Shown here in pieces: positions 10,445 to 19,799 of a stretch of 25,893 nt of DNA (its first letter is position 1; each line of letters begins with the position of its first letter). A program made the translations under genes and the position numbers. This stretch comes from Octopus sinensis (Eukaryota). The notes beneath the pieces were generated by a model. The model worked only from the letters and a program-made list of their open reading frames with translations. It was not told where the DNA came from and did no database searches. The DNA lies in assembly GCF_006345805.1 (NCBI RefSeq), contig NW_021836105.1, positions 1 through 25,893 on the forward strand, written 5' to 3'.

Positions 10445-10464
10445 AGCATATATATATAAATATA

Positions 10465-10690
10465 TTCTTTTTATTCTATTACATGTTGCAAACTGCGGCC
10501 ATGCTGGAGCATCACCTTGGGGGGTTTTTAGCCGAATGAATCAACCCCAGTATTTATTTCTTTTTAAAGCCTGGTACTTATTCTATCGGTCTTTTTTGCC
10601 AAACCGCTAAGTTATGGGGATGTAAATACACCAACGCCAGTTGTTAAGCTGTGATGATGACAAACACAACACACACACACACACACACAA
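10465..10690 (-). mobile_element. SINE family A 3' half
   Basis: Reverse complement of 24430-24629. Confidence 0.75.
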
Positions 10691-10910
10691 AATCAAAGGT
10701 TCATCTGTGAAATGTGACAGCAAAGAAGAGCACACATTCACTCTCTACATGTGATTAGACTCAGAAAGTTTGTGAGGACCCCATTGACCCAATTTGCTGA
10801 CTTTTCCGATGGCACGCAGGTGTCAGTGAATGGTTGGATCACCAAATCCAAGATTCTCTGCTAGTTCCTCAACAGTTACAATGGGATTTTGTTCCACCAG
10901 GGTTTGCAGG

Positions 10911-11033
10911 AAGCCCATCGTATATAGGCACAAGCATGGCTGTGTGGTAAGAAACTTGCTTCCCAACCACATGGTTCCAGGTTCAGTCTCAGTGGGTGGC
11001 ACCTTGGGCAAGTATCTTCAACTAAGTATCTTC
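10911..11033 (+). mobile_element. SINE family A fragment inserted in the mariner relic
   Basis: Interrupts the DED/LQT codons; begins with the internal module end GAAGCCCATCGTATATA followed by the head. Confidence 0.75.
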
Positions 11034-11150
11034 ATCCTCATCAAGTTCTACAGATCTTCCAGGATGAGGCTTGTCTTCTAGGCTGTAGTTTCTGGCTCGG
11101 AATTTCTGGAACCCTCATTGACACTGACTTATCCTTATTGTCCGATCCCC

Positions 11151-11565
11151 ATATACCTATTTCTTTATTACCCACAAGGGGCTAAACACAGAGGGAACAA
11201 ACAAGGACAGACATAGGTATTAAGTCGATTACATCGACCCCAGTTCGTAACTGGTACTTAATTTATCGACCCCGAAAGGATGAAAGGCAAAGTCGACCTA
11301 GGCGGAATTTGAACTCAGAACGTAGCGGCAGACGAAATACCGCTAAGCATTGCACGTTGGGCGAAATGCTTAGCAGTATTTCGTCTGCCGCTACGTTCTG
11401 AGTTCAAATTCTGCTGAGGTCGACTTTGCCTTTCATCCTTTCGGGGTCGATTAAATAAGTACCAGTTATGCACTGGGGTTGATGGAATCGAATTAATACT
11501 TAAGTCTGGCCTTGTTTGTCCCCTCTATGTTTAGCCCCTTGTGGGTAATACAGAAATAAGTATAT
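11151..11565. mobile_element. Head-to-head inverted dimer of SINE family B
   Basis: Arms of about 200 bp (11151-11351 and 11365-11565), 13-nt spacer. Confidence 0.9.
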
Positions 11566-12127
11566 CCTGTCCCCCTCCGACTTTTAGTTCTTGTATTATT
11601 TATGGGATGACCCAATATATATGTATTACTAAGCAATGCAGTCGAAACATATGTTGGTCTGTCTGAGGCAGTATTTATCTTTAAAAAGGAATTAAAGGTG
11701 ATGCTAATGCTACTTTGCCTCAATCCTTATTATTTTTACTGATATTATATACATATAGATATTTATATGTGTATATATGTGCATGTGTGTATGTGTATAT
11801 AATATGTATATATATGTGTATGTGTATATATGTATGTGTATATATATATATGTATACACATACAAACTCTATATATGTGTCTGTACATATATACATGTGT
11901 GTGTGTCTGTGTATATATATGTATATATATATATGTGTATATATAGATATGTCTGTATATATGAATATATATAGATATATATGTGTGTGTGTGTATATAT
12001 ATATATGTCTACACATACATATATATACATATATATTATATACACACATACAGTTTATATTTATATTCATACATATACAGTGTGTGTGTACACACACACC
12101 ACATATATGCATGTAAATAATATATAT

Positions 12128-12159
<32 letters not shown>

Positions 12160-12190
12160 GACCAACACACACACACACACACACACACAC

Positions 12191-12512
12191 ACATTTCCAC
12201 TCTCATATCTATGCACCTCTCCATAACAACACACACTCCAACAACTAAAAGAAACTTGTTCAAAGCCAAATCCTTCCGTCCTTTTTCCATACTCTCTCCT
12301 GCACCGCCCCCACTCCCCTAATCCCCTTACCCTTCTTTATGCCCCCTCCCCACCACCTCTTATCCCCTTTCCTGGTCAATTCCAGTGACATCTGTATTAC
12401 AGCATCGGATTACTGTTGTCAGATCATGGTGTCAAGGCTTGACAGCGGATTTTCCTCCTCTCCACCACCTGACGCTCGGCACCCCTGTTCCCAGCTTGCA
12501 GTCAGCTCCAGC

Positions 12513-12545
<33 letters not shown>

Positions 12546-12552
12546 CATACAA

Positions 12553-12584
<32 letters not shown>

Positions 12585-12997
12585 TATATATATACTCAAC
12601 ATAATATATATTATATATATATATATATATATAATATATATATAGACACACACACACACACACACACAACACACATTTCCACTCTCATATCTATGCACCT
12701 CTCCATAACAACACACACTCCAACAACTAAAAGAAACTTGTTCAAAGCCAAATCCTTCCGTCCTTTTTCCATACTCTCTCCTGCACCGCCCCCACTCCCC
12801 TAATCCCCTTACCTTCTTTATGCCCCCTCCCCACCACCTCTTATCCCCTTTCCTGGTTCAATTCCCAGTGACATCTGTATTACAGCATCGGATTACTGTT
12901 GTCAGATCATGGTGTCAAGGCTTGACAGCGGATTTCCTCCTCTCCACCACCTGACGCTCGGCACCCCTGTTCCCAGCTTGCAGTCAGCTCCAGCCAA
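12191..12997. repeat. Tandem duplication of about 325 bp (12191-12515, 12673-12997)
   Basis: No substitutions seen; five 1-nt homopolymer indels. Confidence 0.9.
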
Positions 12998-13074
<77 letters not shown>

Positions 13075-13084
13075 ACATACAAAC

Positions 13085-13115
<31 letters not shown>

Positions 13116-13337
13116 ATATACATACATAGAAACATATATATATATATATATCTATATATATACATACATACAAACATATATATATATATATATTTATATA
13201 AATATATATATATATGTATGTATATAAATATATATGTATATATCATTGTATTTATGTGTATATATGTATGCAAGCATGTATGCATATGTGTGAAGATATG
13301 TATTTATACATATGAGTAAATAAATAAACAAATGTGA

Positions 13338-13368
<31 letters not shown>

Positions 13369-13399
13369 AATATGCATGCATGTGTGTTTTATTTGTGTG

Positions 13400-13710
13400 T
13401 ATACATACATATATATATATAAACACACACACACAAACAAACAAATAGATGTTTGTAAAAATATGTGTATAAATGGTTCTTTTCCTAGAAAATTGTGTAT
13501 ATATGTATACATTTTTGTAAATGTTTGTATATATACATATATATATCTTTGTGTGTGTGTATATATATTTATATATGAATATGTGCATGTGTGTATGTAT
13601 ATATACATGTATATTTGTGTGTATGTGTATATATGTATATATATGTCTATATGTGTGTGTATATATATATGTATATATGTATGTGTGTGCATGTGTTAAT
13701 GTATGTACAT

Positions 13711-13742
<32 letters not shown>

Positions 13743-14945
13743 CACCTATATGTATGTATATGTTACATGTGCATGTGTATATATATATATATACCCACAT
13801 ATATATATATGAATGCATCCACCCCTGCTGCCCCCCTGCTCTCCCTACACTGTTGCCTGCCAGACATTTGGTATGATGTAATTCCTGTTCTTTCCTCAAT
13901 AAAACCATTATCGCTATGCCAAACACTCCGCTGCCGTATCAGTCCCTGGTTTCGGTATTGAAGCGAGACAGTGGCAGTGGTGGTCATAAGCGGATCAAGA
14001 GACATAGGCAAGTAGGTGGTGAAGGTGGTGGAGGCCATGAGGGGGGTGGATGGGTCAGGAATGAAGTGGAATCGGTTTGGCAATTTTTGGCACTTGTTAT
14101 CTTTCGTCTTTCGTCTTTTACTGGTTTTAGTCATGAGAATGTGGCCATGCTGGTGCACCATCTTTAAGGGTTTCAGTTGAAGATATCAGGGCCCAGGATT
14201 TACAGTTTTTTAAAGATTTATCTATTTCTATAAGTAATGGGGTAGGTGAAGGCATGCCCATGTGGAAACAGGCTTGTGGTAAGAAGTTTGCTTCCCAACC
14301 ACGTGGTTCTGGGTTCAGTCCCACTGTGTGGCATCTTGGGCAAGTGTCTTCTACTATAACCTCACACCGACCAAAGCCTTGTGAGTGTATTTGGTCGACA
14401 GAAACTAAAGGAAGCCCATGAAATATAAGCACAGGCATGGCTGTGTGGTATGAAGCTTGCTTCCCAACCACATGGTTCCAGGTTCAGTCTCACTGCGTGG
14501 AACCTTGGGCAAGTATCTTCAAGTATAGCTTTGGACCAAAGCCTTGGGAGTAGATTTGATAGGCAGAAACTAAAAGAAGCCCATCTCACCTCCATACACA
14601 TATGTATATATGTGTGTATATATACAAATACACACATATATACATACATATACATACACACAAATATACATGTATATATACATATACACGCACATTTTCA
14701 TATATAAATATACACACACACACAATTATATGATTGATTGATTGATTGATTCTAGTTTCAGCTTATGAGCTCTGGCCATGCTGGGGCACCGCCATTATAT
14801 ATACATATGTTTATATACAAACATTTACAAAAATGTATATATATATATACACAATTTTTTAGGAAAAGAACCATTTATACGCATATTTTTACAAACATCT
14901 ATTTGTTTGTTTGTGTGTGTGTATATATATATATACACACACACA
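13400..14945. repeat. Long inverted repeat, arms about 13400-13690 and 14595-14945
   Basis: Non-microsatellite core AATAGATGTTTGTAAAAATATG.GTATAAATGGTTCTTTTCCTA.AAAATTGTG is present in both orientations. Confidence 0.8.
14245..14585 (+). mobile_element. Head-to-tail dimer of the SINE A 5' module
   Basis: Units 14245-14427 and 14428-14585, each ending at GAAGCCCAT. Confidence 0.8.
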
Positions 14946-14974
14946 CATATAATAAAGTGTATATATATATATAT

Positions 14975-15056
14975 ACACTTTATTAAAAAGTAGCAAAAAT
15001 ATCACAAAAACAGTTACTCACAGTTTCATGTTCACATTCATTGGACAGTTTTGTTT
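14975..15056 (-). mobile_element. Penelope-like pLTR fragment with decayed hammerhead (15006-15052)
   Basis: Homologous to 25307-25380; minus strand AAAACTGT-CCAATGA-ATG TGAA CAT-GAAAC-TGTGA-GTA. Confidence 0.55.
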
Positions 15057-15065
15057 ATATATATT

Positions 15066-15276
15066 TGTGTGTCTGTGTTTGTCCCCCCCACAATCGCTTG
15101 ACAACCGATGCTGGTGTGTTTACGTCCCTGTAACTTAGCAGTTCAGCAAAAAGAGACTGATAGATTAAGTACTAGGCTTACAAAGAATAAGTCCTGGTGT
15201 CGATTTGCTCAACTAAAGGTGGTGCTCCAGCATGACCACAGTCACATGACTGAAACAAGTAAAAGAGTAAAAGAGT
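15066..15276 (+). mobile_element. SINE family A 3' half
   Basis: Matches 24430-24629; (AAAAGAGT)2 tail. Confidence 0.8.
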
Positions 15277-15281
15277 ATTAT

Positions 15282-15652
15282 ATACATTCGACGGATATTT
15301 ATACTCATCTTGTTTGTTGTCAACACAGTGTTTTGGCTGATATACCCTCCAGCCTTCATCAGGTGTCTTGGGGGAAATTTCAAACCTGGGTTCTTATTCC
15401 TAAGGTATATTTTGATGTTTTTATTATTATTGGCAGAAACATTAGCATGCTGGGCAAAATTCCTACCAGTATTTCATCTGCTGTTACGTTCTGAGTTCAA
15501 ATTCCACTGAGGTCAACTTTGCCTTTCATCTTTTTGGGGTCAATTAAATAAGTACCAGTTAATCCCTGGGGTCGATGTAATCGACTTAATCCCTTTGTTT
15601 GTCCTTGTTTGTCCACTCTATGTTTATCCCCCTGTGGGCAATAAAGAAATAA

Positions 15653-15683
<31 letters not shown>

Positions 15684-15804
15684 TCACTGCTTGGAATTGA
15701 ACTTGGAATCTTGGGATTAGTAGCCCGTGCTTTTAACCACTACGCCATATGCATCAAATGTAAATAATGTACATAATTCATCATCTTTTAAATATAGAAC
15801 TGTA
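15282..15804 (-). mobile_element. Family H copy: head and body on minus strand (15282-15752), 3' tail on plus strand (15754-15804)
   Basis: Head 15677-15752; hammerhead relic 15322-15367 (G12 to A); SINE B nested in the TAA linker. Confidence 0.7.
15431..15652 (+). mobile_element. SINE family B nested in the family H TAA linker
   Basis: Matches 20483-20713; flanked by TTA repeats. Confidence 0.8.
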
Positions 15805-16040
15805 CAAGTTTAATCTTTATGCTCTCCAACGCCGTTGACTGTCCACTAATGTATCAGGTTGTGTCTGGAAAAAAGGCGACATAAAAACATCTTCAAATTT
15901 AGCCAAAAACACCTATTATGTGTGTGTGTACATATGTGTGTGTGTGTTTGTGTGTACAAATGTGTGTATATATGTGTGTGTGTATGTCTGTGTATGTGTA
16001 CAAATATGTATGTGTGTGCATGTGTCTCCAAATGTGTGTG

Positions 16041-16456
16041 TTATTTCTTTATTGCCCACAAGGGGCTAAACACAGTGAGGACAAACAAGGACAGTCAAAG
16101 GGATTAAGTCGATTACATTGACCCCGGTGTGCAACTGGTACTTAATTTATCGACCCCGACAGGATGAAAGGCAAAGTCGACCTCAGCAGAATTTGAACTC
16201 AGAGCATAACGACAGACGAAATACCTATTTCTTTACTACCCACAAGGGGCTAAACACAGAGGGGACAAACAAGGACAGACAAACGGATTAAGTTGATTAT
16301 ATCGACTCCAGTGCGTAACTGGTCCTTAATTTATAGACCCCGAAAGGATGAAAGGCAAAGTCGACCTCGGCAGAATTTGAACTCAGAACGTAGTGGCAGA
16401 TGAAATACGGTTACGCATTTGGCCCGGTGTGCTAATGATTCTGCCATCTCGTCGCC
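16041..16456 (-). mobile_element. SINE family B, full copy (16221-16456) plus head-less tandem copy (16041-16225)
   Basis: Junction fuses the 3' end AGGTAT to internal GGTATTTCGTCTG. Confidence 0.85.
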
Positions 16457-16504
16457 TTTATGTGTGTCTACAAATGTATGTCTGTGTGACACTGTGTGTG
16501 TGTG

Positions 16505-16690
16505 TTACTCTCTTATTGCTTTGACATCACATACAAGAGGTGTCCTTCATCTCTAATCTTCTGAGAAAACATGTGAAGTCATGGGGTAGTATCATTGTCC
16601 TCGGAAAAAGAAGGGCCCCTGGCCGTTGAAAAGCTGCCTTACCAGATTTTGGTCACTGCATGAAGTCAGGGAAAGTGTTGGACATTAAGC
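16505..16690 (+). mobile_element. Degenerate SINE/LINE 3' fragment leading into a GAT-rich tail
   Basis: Ends GGAAAGTGTTGGACATTAA then (GAT)n; related end in reverse at 25190-25237. Confidence 0.4.
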
Positions 16691-16699
16691 AATAATGAT

Positions 16700-17470
16700 G
16701 GTGAGAGAGATGGGGATGCTAGTGAGAATGATAATGATGATGAAGATGACTATTATGATGATGGAGGTAATGACGATGATGACGATGGCAATGATGGTGG
16801 TGGTGGTGATGACGATGATGATACTGATGACGATATTGAGGATAAGGACAATATGATGATGATTGTGATGACAATGGAGATGATGGTGATGATGATGATG
16901 ATGGTTGCGGTGATGATGGTGATGCTGGTAATGATGATGATTATGGCAATGATGGTGGTGGTGGTGATGACGATGATGATACTGATGACGATATTGAGGA
17001 TAAGGACAATATGATGATGATTGTGATGACAATGGAGATGATGGTGATGATGATGATGATGGTTGCGGTGATGATGGTGATGCTGGTAATGATGATGATT
17101 ATGGCAATGATGGTGGTTGTGATGATAATTGTGATGATGATAGTGGTGGTTGTGAGGGTGGTAGTGGTGATGGTGCTGATGATGGTGAAGATGATGATTG
17201 TAATGATGACAGTGGTGATGGTGGTGGTGGTGGTGGTGACACTGATGATTGTTATGATGATGATAGTGATGATAATGATGATATTACCAGCATCTTCATC
17301 ACTCTCATCATCATCATCATCATCATTGTCATCACCATCAGCACCACTATGGCTTAGCATTCTCTCAGAGCTGTTCTGATGTATGAAATATGAAATATGA
17401 CCCCAGTGATGTTTGCTCAGCCCCCACAAAAACAACAACCCCCACCATGACCATCACCACCACCACCACA
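16700..17470. repeat. Degenerate (GAT/GGT)n tract with exact 158-bp tandem duplication, then (CAT/CAC)n
   Basis: ATGGCAATGATGGTGG recurs at 16785, 16943 and 17101. Confidence 0.9.
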
Positions 17471-17532
17471 ACCACCCTTCACCACCACTACCTTTCTAAG
17501 GTTTCCTTTGCCTCCCATGCCAACCTCTTCAG

Positions 17533-17667
17533 AATGTTACATACCAGATAACAACTTCTGCAAACTTAACAAATTCTTCAAACAAACCAAAGACGATGAT
17601 AGGCAGTGCTGCATCCTTCAGCAAATCGGCCAAACCTCCTCAAAGAAGTATGTTTGGAGATTCTAAG
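17533..17667 (+). CDS. Candidate internal exon (135 bp, phase 0/0), product unknown
   Basis: Pyrimidine tract plus CTCTTCAG acceptor, AAG|GTATCT donor, open frame NVTYQITTSANLTNSSNKPKTMIGSAASFSKSAKPPQRSMFGDSK; no recognised homology. Confidence 0.3.
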
Positions 17668-17894
17668 GTATCTGTTTGCTTGCTTCCATAGCAGCTATCT
17701 TGCCCTCTTCGTTCCGTTTCACACCAAACAACTTAAGAGGAACCGAATTCTTCGAAGACTCCGATGTTGGCGTTGTGTCTTTTGACAATTCCACTTCAAG
17801 ATGTTTCTCTTGAATTGTCTTGGATTTCTCTTCTGTCCAGTTGTACGGCTTTTGGCAGTCATTGATGCCGGCTCTGTGAGCGCTTTGGTCTTTC

Positions 17895-18540
17895 TGTGTG
17901 TGTGTGTGTGGTTTGTTATGCTTTCGTCTCTGTATATTTGTATGTGTACGTTTGCATGTGTGTGTGTGTGTGTGTGTGTGTTCGTATGTGGTTTGTAATA
18001 CTTTCATTTATGTGTATATATGTATATGTTTGTGTGTGTGAATTGTAATACATTTGTTTATGTGAATATATGTAAATGTATGTTTCTATGTTTGTGTGTG
18101 TGTCTGTGTGTGTGTGGTTCGTAATATATTCATGTGTGTGTGTGTGTGTGTTTGCATGTAGTTTGTAATACTGTCATTTATGTGTATAAATGTGTATGTT
18201 TGTGTGTGTGCATGTGTATGTGGTTTGTAATACTTTGATGTATGTATATATATATATATGTGTGTGTGTGAATTGTAGTACGTTTGTTTATGTGAATATA
18301 TGTAAATGTATGTTTCTATGTTTATGTGTGTGTGTATGTGGTTTGTAATGCTTTTGTTTATGTGTGTATATGTGTATGTTTGTGTGTGTTGCTTTGGTAG
18401 TCATTGATGCTAGTTCTGACTACTTTGGTTTTTGTGTTTGTGTGTGTGTGTGAATGTGCTTATATATAGTTTGTAATACTTTGGTTTATATGTGAATGCA
18501 TGTACATGTGTGTGTATGTGTGTGTGTATATATATATATA
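17895..18540. repeat. Degenerate GT-rich satellite with recurring GTTTGTAATAC motif
   Basis: Motif roughly every 55-110 bp; about 70-bp block repeated near 18031 and 18262. Confidence 0.75.
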
Positions 18541-18579
18541 TATATTCCTCATTCTTCTTTCCTTTTCTTTGGACTTCCC

Positions 18580-18616
18580 TGTTTCCAAAGAAGAGCTATG
18601 CTCAAAACATAAAACA
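18580..18616 (+). ncRNA. CpG-decayed hammerhead relic
   Basis: TGTTT-CCAAAGA-A-GAGC TAT GCTC-AAAAC-ATA-AAACA; stems I and II perfect; three CA positions where CG is expected. Confidence 0.5.
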
Positions 18617-18682
18617 ACTACTCTCTTCTTTCTCTGAGTGTCTTATTAATACATTGTTTGTGCTATGTCCTAACGTTTGTTT

Positions 18683-18952
18683 ACTCTTTTACTCTTTTAC
18701 TTGGTTCAGTCATTTGACTGCGGCCATGCTGGAGCACCGCCTTTAGTCGAACAAATCAATCCCAGAGTTTACTCTTTGTAAGCCTAGTACTTATTCTATC
18801 AGTCTCTTTTGCCGAACTGCTAATTTACAGTAATGTAAACACATCAACACTGGTTGTCACAGTGATGGTGGAGGGAGAAACACAGACACACAAGCACACA
18901 CACTACACACACAAACACATAGTTACATATGATGGGCTTCTTTCAGTTTCCA
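18683..18952 (-). mobile_element. SINE family A, 5'-truncated
   Basis: Reverse complement of 24360-24629 including the central CA repeat. Confidence 0.8.
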
Positions 18953-19006
18953 ACACATTTTTCTCTCTTTTTTTTTCATTCTCTCCCCAGTTTTTTCTGT
19001 CTCAAC

Positions 19007-19044
19007 CCTCTCTGTCAAAGAGCACAGGCTCAAAACATCAAAGA
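19007..19044 (+). ncRNA. Decayed hammerhead relic in a pLTR-like fragment
   Basis: CTGTCAA-A-GAGC ACAG GCTC-AAAAC-ATC-AAAGA; stem I poor. Confidence 0.35.
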
Positions 19045-19799
19045 CTTTTCCATTTTCTCTGAGCTTCAAACTAATACACCTGCTTGTTCCTTCACCTGTC
19101 TTCGTCTTTTGTTTTCTGAACTATACATACATACACATACATACATACATACATGCATACATACATATATGTATATAGCTGAAAAATATCGTTATAGGTA
19201 TAAATATATACCTATAACAATATTTTTCAACTACTATTTTTATATTCCTATTACTTGCTCTGGCTGTTTTTTTATGAATATGTTGAATCTTTATAAGAAA
19301 TCATTTTTTTCTCTCTTTTTGGACCTCTCAAAAAGTTTGAATTGTTGTTTTGAACTTATTTTTTTCCTATATATATACATATATGTGTGTGTTTGTGTTT
19401 GTCTGTGTGTGTGTGGCAAATGAAAGGCGGAAGATGGAATATACAAAAATTTATTATTAATCATGACAATTGTTTCAATACATCTAGCATTGATCCCTCA
19501 TGGGTGGGACACTCAACAGCTGGTTCATGGACATCCGGTGTATCTCATCGGGTGATAAATTGATGCAACTTGTTAGAATAACAGCTCCACAATGTAACTT
19601 CTTATATTGTAGACAGAAAAGCAGCCAGGCAGAGGAAATATCTTCATTTTCATAGAAGATCAAAAATAAAAACGCAGATGGAAAAAAAAAGAGAAACAAA
19701 CATGAAAATTGTGAGAAAATTATTAAAAGTAACCATTAACAAATATAGATGTATAAATACCCTCAGGCAAGCTGTGTGGCATGAGTGTCTGAAAATGTG

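Larger units (their letters stand above)
10692..11615 (-). mobile_element. Mariner transposase N-terminal relic with two nested SINE insertions
   Basis: YGDRT...FQKFRARNYSLEDKPHPGRSVELDED (11150-11035) continues as LQTLVEQNPIVTVEELAENLG...IGKVSKLGQW.PH (10910-10692); TIR-like ATTATTTATGGGATGACCCAA plus TA at 11595-11617. Confidence 0.8.

Noticed and set aside
17495-17532. Minus-strand CTGAAGA...GAAAC hammerhead-like spacing
   Set aside because: Stem II does not pair
19485-19560. Unique CpG-containing island with short open frames on both strands
   Set aside because: No consistent splice pair or recognisable peptide
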